Assembly: GCA_051313645.2 (NCBI GenBank)
Contig: JBNRSN020000118.1
Coordinates: 868,001-932,000, forward strand
Source of the DNA: Centroscyllium fabricii
Lineage: Eukaryota
Reading direction: 5' to 3'
Length of the DNA stretch: 64,000 nt
Position 1 is the stretch's first letter, and each line of letters starts with the position of its first letter. Below, piece by piece: positions 1 through 10,756 of the stretch. A model generated the notes under the pieces. It ran no database searches. It saw only the letters and a program-made list of their open reading frames with translations, and was not told the DNA's origin. The position numbers and the translations under genes were made by a program.

Positions 1-2
1 TA

Positions 3-3000
3 AACGAGCTCGGCTGCCGAGGCGTGTAGGTCTTCTTTGGCCGCCGGGCGGAGGCCGAGCATTACCCAGGGCAGGCGGTCCGTCCAGGTTGCATCCTGGA
101 GGCTGGCCCGCAGGGATGTTTTGAAAGTTCGGTGGAACCGTTCGCAGAGGCCGTTGGCTTGCGGGTGGCACGCAGTGGTTCGGTGCAGGGTTACCCCGAG
201 GTCGTGAGCGATGGTTGACCATAGGGTTGAAGTGAATTGGGGGCCCCTGTCTGAAGTAATGTCGTTGGGGACGCCGAAGCGGGCGACCCAGGTGGCGATG
301 AAGGCCCTGGCCAGTTCGGCGGTGGTGATCGTGTTGAGGGGAACCGCTTCGGGCCAGCGGGTGGTGCGGTCGACCATTGTGAGGAGGTACGAGTGACCAC
401 GTGATGGGGGTAGTGGTCCGACCAGGTCGATATGCACGTGGCTGAAACGTCTGGCTGGGATGACGATTGGTTGGAGCGGTGCTTTGATGTGGTTGTGCAC
501 CTTGGCTCGCTGGCAGGCATTGCACGAGGTGGTCCAGGCGCGGACATCTTTATTTAGGCCGCGCCAAACGAATTGCGCAGAGATGAGCTTGGTGGATGCG
601 CGGACGCCGGGGTGGGAGAGGCTGTGGAGGGTCTGGAAAATGTGTTGCCTCCACGCGTGGGGGACCACGGGCCTGGGTTGGGGCAGGGTGACGTCGCAGC
701 GGACCCCCGTGGCTGTGGGTCCGTGTGCTACGGTGGCTAAGAGTAGGCCGGGAAGTTTGTTGGTGGGGTCGAGGAGGTCGGGGTCGGTGAGTTGGTCGGC
801 CACCATTTTGACGTAGTCGACCGCCGTCTGGACCGCGTTGGTGGTTGGGTATGCGCAGCAGTGTGCGCAGGCGTGGTTGGTGGCTGGAGGTGAGGGGTTG
901 TCGGCTCTGTCGGTGGTGGGGGGGCTTAGGTGGTCGGCGGTTTGGGTGCCGGTGGTGCCTGCGCTGCTGATGGCGGGGCACAAGGGGTGGTTGTTGGGGC
1001 GGTCGGGGTTGGGCTTGTCAATGGCGGGTTGTGAGAGGCAGTCAGCGACCACGTTGTCGCGGCCGGCAATGTGCTGGATGTCGGTCGTGAACTCGGACAT
1101 GGTCGCGAGCTGGCGCTGCTGCCTGGCCGACCAGGGTTCGGAGCGCTTAGCCATTGCGGAGACCAGTGGTTTGTGATCTACAAATGCTGTAAAGTGGCGG
1201 CCCTCCAAGAGGAAGCGAAAGTGGCGCACCGCGAGGTAGAGAGCGAGTAGCTCCCTATCGAAGGCGCTGTACTTGACCTCTGGGGGCCGGAGGTGCCGGC
1301 TGAAAAAGGCCAGTGGTTGCCATGAGTCGCCCGACCACTGCTCGAAGACTGCTCCGACAGCGTGGTCGGAGGCGTCGGTGGTGAGGGCTACTCTGGCGTT
1401 GGGCCTAGGGTGGCTGAGGAGGGTGGCTTTGGCGAGGGCCGTTTTGGTTGCGGTGAAGGCGGTGGCGGCTTCGGCTGTCCACTCGACCGCGGTCTTGTTG
1501 GACTGCCCATGGGTGGCCCGATAGAGGGGGGCCATGAGGGCGGCTGCGCCGGGAATGAAACGGTTGTAAAAATTAACCATCCCGAGGAATTCCTGCAGCC
1601 CCTTGATGGAGTGCGGGCGGGGGAATTCCTGGACCGCCTGCACCTTGGAGGGCAGGGGTATGGCCCCGGTGTGGGAGATGTGGTGGCCGAGGAAGTCGAT
1701 AGCCTCGAGGCCGAACCGACACTTGGAGGGGCTTAATATAAGGCCGTGTTCGGCCAGGTGTTTAAAAAGGGTTCTAAGGTGAATGAGGTGTTCCCGGGGG
1801 GAGGCGCTGGCCACCAGGATGTCGTCAAGGTAGACGAATGTGAACTGCAGGTCCCGGAGGACTGAGTCCATGAGGCGCTGGAAGGCCTGGGCCGCGTTTT
1901 TGAGTCCGAAGGGCATCCGGAGGAATTCGAATAGGCCGAATGGGGTGATGACGGCTGTCTTAGGGACATCCGCCGGGTGCACTGGAACTTGGTGGTAGCC
2001 CCGCACAAGGTCGATCTTGGAAAAGACCATGCAGCCGGCTAGCCTCACGGAAAAATCTTGGATGTGGGGGACTGGGTACCTATCCGGGGTGGTGGCGTTG
2101 TTGAGGCGGCGGTAGTCTCCGCAGGGGCGCCAGCCGCCGTCGGGTTTGGGGGCAATGTGGAGGGGGGAGGCCCAGGGGCTGCTGGAGCGGCGGATGATGC
2201 CGAGCTGTTCCATGATGTGGAACTCGGCGCGCGCGATCTCTAGCTTGGCTGGGTCCAGCCTGCGGGCGTGGGCATGGACCGGGGGGCCTGTGGTGGTGAT
2301 GTGATGCTCTACGCCGTGCTTGGTGGAGCGGGCTGTGAAGGTTGGGTTGGTTAGGATCGGGAACTCGGCGAGCAGCGTGGCATACGTGTCGGAGTTGCGG
2401 GCCCGGCAGTGGGCTGCCGCGTGGGTCTGGTGTGCTGGGGCTGTGGAGCAAGGGATGGTTGACATGATGTGGATGTCGACCAGGCGGCGCCGGGTAACAT
2501 CGACCAGGAGCCCGTGGGCGCACAGAAAGTCAGCTCCGAGTAGGGGCATGTTAACCTGCGCGGTAATGAAGTCCCACGTGTACCTGTGGCCTGCTAGTTT
2601 AATGGTAAGCTGGCGGGTACCGAACGTGAGTATCTCGGAGCCGTTTGTGGCTTCGAGTGGTGGGCCTCGGGTGCCCTGCTTGGATTCTGCGGGGGAGGCT
2701 GGCACGATGCTGTGCTGCGCGCCTGTGTCGCAGAGGAAGCGGAGGCCTGAGACGCTGTCTGTCACGAAGAGCAGCGCTCCGGAGCGGCCGACGCACATGG
2801 TGGAGCTGGGGCTGGTTTGGGGTTTGAAGTTGCAGGGCGGAACGCAGCGCTGCGCTTTAGCTTCAAACCTGGTGTGGTAGTAGCACCAGCCAGGTCCCGC
2901 CGTGCGTGGCTTTTTGTGGGTCCGCGCGGATCTGAGTTGGGGCCGGGGTTGTGCGTAGTGCTGCTCTTGTTGAGCAGCAGCGTTACGGTGCATGGTGGCG

Positions 3001-3518
3001 TGGGTGCGCTCGGCCTTAATAAGCTTGTCTGCCTCCTGAGCTAGCTGCCTGTTTGAGAGGTGCTCCAAGACCGTCAGTGTCGGTCTGATGGAGGGCGGCA
3101 GCTTAAGGAGGTAGAGGGCGCGCTTAAGGGTGGCCGGGTCACGATTGAGCGCCTCAAACTGGGTCCACAAGTCGGTGGGGTCTGCGTCTCCCAGGTCGGG
3201 GAGGTTAATGACCTGGCAATCGCGCTCGAAAATGGTTGGGGAAAATTTTTCAAGCAGCGCGGCCTTTAGCGATTCGTACCTGCCAGCAGTAGTGTCTTCC
3301 TCGATGGTGTCCCACATTCTGTTGATGGTGGACTGTGCGAGGGCTGCGAAGAGCAGGCTGTAGCGGTCGTCTCCCTGCACGCCATGGATGCGGAAGGTGT
3401 TCTCCGTGTTGCGAAACCAAGCCGCTGGACGGAGCTCCCAGAACTGTGGTATGGCTGGAACCGGGAGGTAAACTTGGCCCCGTCTGCCTTGGCGTGCTGG
3501 GTCGTTTACTGCTGGCAT
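3..3518 (-). CDS. gag-pol: Element A single gag-pol polyprotein, apparently intact, running off the window edge (>1,170 aa)
   Basis: ATG at 3518, homologous to the start of D. YLDD (1821-1832) and integrase HVHIDL (423-440) are in the same frame. No stop-terminated ORF is listed in this frame, which implies it is open to the edge. Motifs WCYYHTRF..C...C, FLCDTGA, TTDASD. Confidence 0.85.
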   Translation of the reverse strand, partial: MPAVNDPARQGRRGQVYLPVPAIPQFWELRPAAWFRNTENTFRIHGVQGDDRYSLLFAALAQSTINRMWDTIEEDTTAGRYESLKAALLEKFSPTIFERDCQVINLPDLGDADPTDLWTQFEALNRDPATLKRALYLLKLPPSIRPTLTVLEHLSNRQLAQEADKLIKAERTHATMHRNAAAQQEQHYAQPRPQLRSARTHKKPRTAGPGWCYYHTRFEAKAQRCVPPCNFKPQTSPSSTMCVGRSGALLFVTDSVSGLRFLCDTGAQHSIVPASPAESKQGTRGPPLEATNGSEILTFGTRQLTIKLAGHRYTWDFITAQVNMPLLGADFLCAHGLLVDVTRRRLVDIHIMSTIPCSTAPAHQTHAAAHCRARNSDTYATLLAEFPILTNPTFTARSTKHGVEHHITTTGPPVHAHARRLDPAKLEIARAEFHIMEQLGIIRRSSSPWASPLHIAPKPDGGWRPCGDYRRLNNATTPDRYPVPHIQDFSVRLAGCMVFSKIDLVRGYHQVPVHPADVPKTAVITPFGLFEFLRMPFGLKNAAQAFQRLMDSVLRDLQFTFVYLDDILVASASPREHLIHLRTLFKHLAEHGLILSPSKCRFGLEAIDFLGHHISHTGAIPLPSKVQAVQEFPRPHSIKGLQEFLGMVNFYNRFIPGAAALMAPLYRATHGQSNKTAVEWTAEAATAFTATKTALAKATLLSHPRPNARVALTTDASDHAVGAVFEQWSGDSWQPLAFFSRHLRPPEVKYSAFDRELLALYLAVRHFRFLLEGRHFTAFVDHKPLVSAMAKRSEPWSARQQRQLATMSEFTTDIQHIAGRDNVVADCLSQPAIDKPNPDRPNNHPLCPAISSAGTTGTQTADHLSPPTTDRADNPSPPATNHACAHCCAYPTTNAVQTAVDYVKMVADQLTDPDLLDPTNKLPGLLLATVAHGPTATGVRCDVTLPQPRPVVPHAWRQHIFQTLHSLSHPGVRASTKLISAQFVWRGLNKDVRAWTTSCNACQRAKVHNHIKAPLQPIVIPARRFSHVHIDLVGPLPPSRGHSYLLTMVDRTTRWPEAVPLNTITTAELARAFIATWVARFGVPNDITSDRGPQFTSTLWSTIAHDLGVTLHRTTACHPQANGLCERFHRTFKTSLRASLQDATWTDRLPWVMLGLRPAAKEDLHASAAELV

Positions 3519-3601
3519 GGTGATAGCGATTCCACTGAGGCAGCTTGGCCCTCAGTCCTGCAGCGGCTGCTTCATTGTTCACTTGAGAATCGTCCCAAGT
3601 A

Positions 3602-3613
3602 TCGGGGCCACCA
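3602..3613 (-). other. Primer-binding site of A, tRNA-Trp type
   Basis: TGGTGGCCCCGA 1 nt after the LTR end; one mismatch to the TGGTGACCCCGA tRNA-Trp PBS known from avian retroviruses and CsRn1. Confidence 0.8.
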
Positions 3614-3614
3614 C

Positions 3615-3891
3615 TGTAGAGGCATGCAAGGCTGAAGGACCACGCTGGACACAGAGGGGTCAGAAGGAGAACTTTTATTACTGTAAGCTGTTACAACTAC
3701 GGCCAGGTGGAGAAGAGAGAGAACCACCTGGCGCTCAGGTATTTAAAGGTCCCGCGGTTGGGGACATCACTGCCGGCCGGCCACCTGGTGATGTCATCAC
3801 GTCGGGGATGCCCGTGCGTCCTCCGATGGGTGGGGCCGTGTTGCAGCTTTCCCAGAGCGGGTTCGTAGCTGCCGGTGGGCGTGTCGCCACA
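3615..3891 (-). repeat. 5' LTR of element A (~277 bp)
   Basis: TGTGG...CTACA termini on the minus strand; homologous to the D LTR (12856-13136); TTTAAATA TATA-like box and AATAAA. Confidence 0.88.
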
Positions 3892-6791
3892 ACACTGTTA
3901 ACTGCCTTTTTGACACAGGAAGCACTGAGAGTTTCGTACACAACGATACAGTGCAGTGCTGCGGACTGCAGGTCCGGCCCACTAACTACCAAGTCTCCCT
4001 AGCTTCACAGTCCCACACCGCGGACGTCACCGGCTACTGCTCCGTCACGCTCACCGTCAACGGGCGCGTGTACCGTAATTTTAAATTGTATACCCTCCAG
4101 CAGTTGTGTGCCCCAGCCTTACTAGGTTTGGATTTCCAGTGCCACCTCAAGAGCGTGACAATGGAGTTCAGCGGGACCTTGCCCCCCCTCACCGTCAGTA
4201 GCCGGGACAATCCCTTCCCAAAGCGGAGCCCGGCCTGCGGCCTCTCCACCCTGAAAATCGACCCCCCCTCGCTGTTCACCAATCTCGATCCGAAGTACAA
4301 ACCCATTGCTACTAAGAGTCGGCGGTACAGTGAGGGGGATCACACGTTTATCAGGTCGGAGGTCGGGCGGATGCTGAAGGAGGGGATAATTGAAGCCAGC
4401 ACCAGCCCCTGGCGCGCCCAAGTTGTAGTGGTGAAGTCTGGCAAGAAACAGCGGCTGGTTATCGATTACAGCCAGACTATTAACCGCTACACCGGGCTCG
4501 ACGCCTACCCCCTTCCCCGCATCTCAGACATGGTCAACCAGATCGCCCAGTACAAGGTGTTCTCTACGATCGACCTCAAATTGGCGTATCATCAGTTCCC
4601 GATTCGGAAAGCCGACCGCCCCTACACCGCCTTCGAGGCGAACGGTCGGCTCTACCACTTCCTCCGGGACCTCTTTGGCGTGACCAATGGAGTGTCAGTG
4701 TTCCAACGGGAGATGGACCGTATGGTTGACCAAAATAACTTGCAGGCCACTTTCCCTTACCTGGACAACGTGACCATCTGCGGCCACGACCAGCAGGACC
4801 ACGATGCCAATCTGGCCAAATTACTCCACACGGCGGACAAGCTGGACCTTACGTATAACAAAGACAAATGTGTCTTTAATACAGCCCGGCTCGCCATCCT
4901 CGGATACGTGGTGGAGAACGGGCTCCTCGGCCCCGACCCACAGAGTATGTGACCCCTGCAAGAACTGCCCCTACCTAACAACCCAAAAGCCTTGAGGAGA
5001 TGCCTAGGATTTTTCTCCTATTATGCACAATGGGTCCCACAGTTCGCAGATAAGGCTAGACCACTCCTCAAGGCTGCCGTCTTCCCCCTTTCTGTAGAAG
5101 CCCAAACGGCATTCGCAAGGATAAAGGAAGATATTATCAAGGCGACCATGCTCGCTGTTGATGAATCCATCCCTTTCCAGGTGGAGAGTGACGCTTCGGA
5201 CTTCGCCCTTGCTGCCACCCTGAATCAGGCAGGCAGGCCCGTAACGTTTTTCTCCCGCACCTTACAGGGACACGAAACTCGCCACTCAGCAGTGGAAAAG
5301 GAGGCCCAGGCCATCATGGAGTCCGTGCGCTACTGGCGTCATTACCTGGCCGGTAAGCGTTTTACCCTGCTCACCGACCAACGGTCAGTCGCGTTTATGT
5401 TTAATAATAAACAACGGGGTAAAATCAAGAATGATAAGATCCTGCGGTAGCGGATCGAACTCTCGACTTACGAGTATGACATTCTTTACCGACCAGGTAA
5501 ACTTAATGAATCCCCGGACGCACTGTCCAGGGGAACGTGTGCCAGTGCCCAGCTAGACCGGCTGAAGGACCTCCACGACCGCCTTTGCCACCCGGGTGTC
5601 ACCAGACTCGCCCACTTCGTTAAGTCCCGTAGCCTCCCCATCTCCATCATGGAGATCAAGGAGATGACCCGAGATTGCCCTGTCTGCGCCGAGTGCGAAC
5701 CCCACTTTTTCCGGCCAGACACGGCGCACCTCATTAAGGCCACCCGCCCCTTTGAACGTCTCAGCGTGGACTTCAAAGGCCCCCTCCCCACCACCGACCG
5801 CAACTCATACTTCCTCACGGTAGTGGATGAGTTCTCCCGCTTCCCCTTCCCCTTCCCCTGCGCAGATATGACGAGCGCAACGGTGATCAAACACTTCACC
5901 ACGCTGTTCGCCATTTTCGGTCTCCCCAGCTACATCCATAGCGACCGGGGGGTCATCGTTCATGAGCGATGAACTGCGCCAGTTTCTGCTCAGAAAGGGG
6001 TTGCCACGAGCAGAACGACCAGTTATAACCCCCGGGGGAACGGCCAGGTAGAAGGGGAGAATGGGATCATTTGGAAGGCGGTCACCCTGGCTCTGAAGTC
6101 CAGAGGCCTTCCAGTGTCCCATTGGCAGGCAGTCCTCCCAGATGCGCTGCACTCTATACGCTCTCTATTATGTACTGCTACTAACGCCACCCCGCATGAT
6201 CTGATTTTCTCCTTCCCTAGGAAATCGACTTCGGGGACAGCTCTTCCTCCATGGCTGACGACTCCGGGGCCGGTTTGGCTTAGAAGACATGTCCGGAGCC
6301 ACAAGACAGACCCCCTGGTGGAGAAGGTACAGCTCCTACACGCGAACCCCCACTATGCATTCGTGCAGTTCCCGGACGGGCGTGAGGACACCGTGTCCAT
6401 CAGGGACCTGGCTCCCGCAGGAAGCACCACCGCAGAGCCCCTGGCCGGCCAGCTGGCCGCTCAGCCGCGGTATCCAGAAAACCCACCAGACACACGATGG
6501 CCCCCGAACTTCCCAGAGCAGTGGCCAGTACAGAACTACGACCCGGATGGCGGGGACCAGCCGGATCCATCGCCACCAGAAGCCACGGCACCCGATCAGC
6601 AGTCACCACCGGCAGATGCAAGTGGTACGAATCAGGAGGCACCACCACCAACACCGGAACGCCGGCGGTCCTCCAGGCAGACACGACCGCCGGACAGACT
6701 GATCATGAACTGCTCGGCCCATTCACCCCCCCCCCCCCCCCCGGACTTAACATTTTCAAGAAGGGGTGAATGTGGTAACCCTTGTATATAG
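3892..6791 (+). pseudogene. pol: Element B pol, disrupted
   Basis: ORF pieces 3951-4952, 4992-5450, 5649-5972 and 6114-6791. Premature TGA at 4950 and TAG at 5448; frameshifts around 5950-5995. Confidence 0.9.
6758..6770 (+). other. Polypurine tract of B
   Basis: AAGAAGGGGTGAA immediately before TGTGG; same motif in E (17964-17977) and G (18558-18570, minus). Confidence 0.85.
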
Positions 6792-7061
6792 TTGTTTACC
6801 ACTGTAATTATTGTGCCAATAATGGGCTGTGCAGATGTAAGGCACAGCCCTGTATACTGTGTAATACTGTTGGGAGCCAGGTCAGCCACACCTCTAACTC
6901 CTCCCCCAGGTGAGTCCCTTTATAGGAGGAAACTGACCGAGGCTCCTCATTCCTGTACAGAAGTTTGTTCCGGAGGGTAGCTCCGTTCTTAGCGATTAAA
7001 AGCCTTTAGTTTCGGTAACTACTCGTCGAATCTTTTAATCTGAGGTATTGACGATACGTCA
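6771..7061 (+). repeat. 3' LTR of element B (291 bp)
   Basis: TGTGGTAACC...TACGTCA; close inverted homologue of the C LTR 10684-10973; TATA 6921, Inr TCATTCC 6947, ATTAAA 6995. Confidence 0.92.
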
Positions 7062-10000
7062 CCATGCCACTCGAGTCTGCCAGTGGTGACCATTGCTCAG
7101 GTGCCGTGGCTTCTGGTGGCGATGGGTCCAGCTGGTCCAAGCCGTCCGGGTGGTGGTCCTGCACTGGCCACTGCTGAGGCTCTGGAAAACTCGGGGGCCA
7201 TCGTATGCCCAGTGTGTGCTCTGGGTACAGTGGCTGAGTGGCCTGCTGTCCGACCAGGGGCTCTGCGGTGGTGCTTCCTACGGGCGCCAGGTCCCTGATG
7301 GACACGGTGTCCTCCCGCCCGTCCGGGAACTGCACAAATGCATAATGTGGGTTTGCGTGTAGGAGCTGCACCTTGTCCACCAGGGGGTCGGTCTTGTGGC
7401 TACGGACATGTCTCCTAAGGAAGACCGGCCCCGGTGTCGTCAGCCATGGAGGGAGAGCTGTCCCCGAAGTCGATTTCCTGGGGAAGGCAAAAATCAGATC
7501 GTGCGGGGTGGTGTTAGTAGCTGTACATAAGAGAGAGCGTATAGAGTGCAGCGCGTCTGGGAGGACTGCCTGCCAATGGGACACTGGAAGGCCTCTGGAA
7601 TTCAGAGCCAGGGTGACCGCCTTCCAAATGATCCCATTCTCCCTTTCTACCTGGCCGTTCCCCCGGGGGTTATAACTGGTCATCCTGCTCGTGGCAACCC
7701 CTTTCTGGAGCAGAAACTGACGCAGTACATCGCTCATGAAGGATGACCCCCGGTCGCTATGGATGTAGCTGGGGAGACCGAAAATGGCGAGCAGCGTGGT
7801 GAAGTGTTTTATCACCGTTGCGCTCATCATATCTGTGCAGGGGAAGGCGAAGGGGAAGCGGGAGAACTCATCTACTACCGTGAGGAAGTATGAGTTGCGG
7901 TCGGTGGTAGGGAGGGGGCCTTTGAAGTCCACGCTTAGACGTTCAAAGGGGCGGGTGGCCTTGATGAGGTGCGCGTGTCTGGCCGGAAAAAGTGGGGTTT
8001 GCACTCGGCACAGACAGGGCACTCTCGGGTCAAAGCCTTGATCTCCGTGATGGAGTAGGGGAGGCTACGGGATCTGACGAAGTGGGCGAGTCTGGTGACA
8101 CCCGGGTGGCAAAGGCGGTCGTGGAGGTCCTTCAGCCGGTCTAGCTGGGCACTGGCGCACGTTCCCCTGGACAGTGCATCCAGGGGTTCATTGAGTTTAC
8201 CTGGTCGGTAAAGAATGTCATACTCGTAAGTCGAGAGTTCGATCCGCCACCACAGGAGGTAGGGGCAGTTCCTGAAGGGGTCGCATACGCTGTGGGTCGG
8301 GGTCGAGGACCCCGTTCTCCACCATGTATCCGAGGATGGCGAGCCGGTCTGTATTAAAGACACATTTGTCTTTGTTATACGTGAGGTCCAGCTTATCCTG
8401 CTGGTCGTGGCTGCAGATGGTCACATTGTCCATGTAGGGGAAGGTGGCTTGCAACTCATTTTGGTCAACCATGCGGTCCATCTCCCACTGGAACACTGAC
8501 ACTCCGTTGGTCACGCCAAAGGGGACCCGGAGGAAGTGGTAGAGCTGACGGTTCGCCTCGAAGGCGGTGTAGGGGCGGTCGGCTTTCCTGATTGGGAGTT
8601 GGTGATACGCCGATTTAAGGTCGATCGTGGAGAATACCTTATACTGGGCGATATGGTTGACCATGTATGAGATGCGGGGGAGGGGGTAGGCGTCGAGCCC
8701 GGTGTAGCGGTTGATAGTCTGGCTGTAATCGATCACCAGCCGTTGTTTCTCGCCAGACTTCACCACTACAACTTGGGCACGCCAGGGGCTGGTGCTGGCT
8801 TCAATTATCGCCTCCTTCAGCATCCGCCCGACCTCCGACCTGATAAACATGCGATCCCCCACACTGTACCGCCGACTCTTTGTGGCAATAGGTTTGCACT
8901 TGGGGTCGAGGTTGGCGAACAGCGAGGGGGGGTCGATTTTCAGGGTAGAGAGGCCGCAGGCCGGGCTCCGCTTTGGGAAGGGATTGACCTGGCTACTGAC
9001 GGTGAGGGGGGGCAAGGTCCCGCCGAACTCCATTGTCACGTTCTTGAGGTGGCACTGGAAATCCAAACCTAGTAAGGCTGGGGCACACAACTGCTGGAGG
9101 GTATACAATTTAAAATTATGGTACACACACCCCTTGACTGTGAGCGTGATGGAGCAGTAGCCGGTGACGTCCGCGGTGTGGGACTGTGAAGCTAGGGAGA
9201 CTGGGTAGTTTGTGGGCGGGACCTGCAGTCCGCAGCGCTGCACTGTATCAGGATGTACAAAGCTCTCCGTGCTTCCAGTGTCAAACAGACAGTTAACAGT
9301 ATAGCCGTTTATCTTATTGGGCATAATGGAGTTAGGTGGCCTGTCCTGGTTCACTCTGGGTCTGGCTGAAGCAGCCGTGTGCTTCCGTGTGTGTGGGCCC
9401 CCTGCTGGTCGGGGCTGTACACAAAATGGCGGCGCCCCTGGTTTGCACATGGTGGGGCCCTGGAGACAAAATGGTGGCGCCCCTGGCTCGCACATGGTGG
9501 GGCCCTGGATACACAATGGCAGCGCCCCTGGCTCGCACATGGTGGGGCCCTGGATACAAAATGCCGGCGCCGAGGGGTCACACATTGTGGGCCGCTGTGA
9601 GCGCGCTGGCGGCGCCCGTGATTTGCACGCAGCGGACCGCGGTGACTGGGTTGGCGGTGCCCGTGGTTTGCACGCAGCGAGCCACGGTGGTCGGGTTGGC
9701 GGTGCCCGTGATTCGCACGCAGCCAGCCGCGTTGGGGGGTCGCGCTTGGCCGGCCTTTGCCGCATCGGGGTGGGAGATGGGGGCGTTTGTCTTCTACCCC
9801 CGGACCGTCGCTGGGTCACGCTGCTATTGCAGCTTACCTGGTGTCTGTCGGTGCTCTCACAGGCTGCACTGTTGTACCTTGAGCTGGGCGCTGCTGGAGC
9901 TGATCTGCAGGCCTTAGCATAATGTCCTTTCTTGGCGCACCTCTCGCAGGTCGCTGTCCTGGCTGGGCATCTCGCTCTTGGGTGCAGTCCCTGGTTGCAG

Positions 10001-10659
10001 AAGTAACAGCGCTTATCTTTGGTGGCTGTCACAGCCATCGTGGGGGTCTCGACCCGTTGTGGTGCTGCCCAGACCTGGGCCCGTTGTGGCGCGGCCCATA
10101 TGTCGTAGGCATGCGGGTTAGTGCCGCTGTATGCCTGCAATTTGTTTCGGGCCCCCTCTACTGAATTAGATATTGCAATCGCATCCTCGAGGGACAAAGT
10201 GTCTTTCTCCAGCAGCCGCTGGCGGGCTTCCACACACCTTAGTCCAGTTACATACGCGTCGCGAAAGAGGAGATTCGCCTCCTCTTCAGCCGTTCTTACT
10301 TGGCAGCCACAGACCCGTACCAGGGCCTGGAGCACTTGCTCGAACTGCTCGTTAGTCTCACCTGGTAGCTGCGATCTGGTTGCAAGCACATGTCTGGCGT
10401 AGACCGAATGGACCGGGCGCTCGTAGCATTTCCTTAGCTTCTCCACAGCCGCTGGGTAGGTTGAGGCGTTTCTGATGAGGGAGAAGACCCTGCTGGAGAT
10501 CCTCGACCGGAAGACCTGTAACTTGTTCCCGTCTGTTGTAGCCTTGGCGGCGTCCATGTAGGCCTCCAGGAGGCCGAACCAGTGTTCGAACGTGGTGGCG
10601 GCGGCAGGGTCCTGGGGACTGATGTCCAGCTTCTCTGGTTTAACTGCACCGCTCTCCAT
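7062..10659 (-). pseudogene. gag-pol: Element C gag-pol, defective (RNase H deleted, 13-aa RT deletion, integrase frameshift)
   Basis: ORFs 8218-10659, 7935-8363 and 7006-8022. Comparison with B shows a jump from QELPLP to WRIELS at 8256/8257. Confidence 0.9.
9410..9725 (-). repeat. ~7 x 45-bp (15-aa) coding minisatellite between gag zinc knuckles and protease in C
   Basis: Units AACESRAPPTRPPWL / AACKPRAPPTQSPRS / TMCEPGAPPFCLQGP etc. Confidence 0.85.
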
Positions 10660-10669
10660 TTAAAAACTT

Positions 10670-10756
10670 TTAGCGATTAAAATTGACGTATCGTCAATAC
10701 CTCTGATTAAAAGAGACGACGAGTAGTTACCGTAACTAAAGGCTTTTAATCGCTAA
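10670..10756 (-). promoter_or_regulatory. C: self-complementary PBS-position sequence (10670-10682) and its LTR partner (10744-10756)
   Basis: Perfect 13-bp inverted repeat TTAGCGATTAAAA / TTTTAATCGCTAA; no TGG-initiated tRNA PBS after the LTR. Confidence 0.85.

Larger units (their letters stand above)
1..3891 (-). mobile_element. Element A: Ty3/Gypsy LTR retrotransposon, CsRn1-like lineage; 3' end lies outside the window; inserted into the protease region of element B
   Basis: 5' LTR 3615-3891, Trp-type PBS, and gag-PR-RT-RH-IN order on the minus strand. Sequence right of the LTR starts mid-protease of B (TVNCLFDTGS). The right end could be 3894 if the following ACA belongs to the LTR. Confidence 0.93.
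3892..7061 (+). mobile_element. Element B: Mag-like Ty3/Gypsy LTR retrotransposon, 3' part (PR-RT-RH-IN-LTR); inserted into the integrase tail of C in opposite orientation
   Basis: LFDTGS, YLDN, RNase H VESDASD, integrase HHCC and DDE segments, PPT 6758-6770, LTR 6771-7061 followed directly by C sequence (CCATG...). Confidence 0.93.

Noticed and set aside
1-3614. Element A as the displaced 3' half of D
   Set aside because: A has its own LTR, PBS, gag, PR and complete RT overlapping the region D retains, so it is a separate copy
6726-6742. C17 homopolymer before B's PPT
   Set aside because: E and G have CCCCGCC-type sequence at the same place, so this is likely slippage or a homopolymer sequencing error
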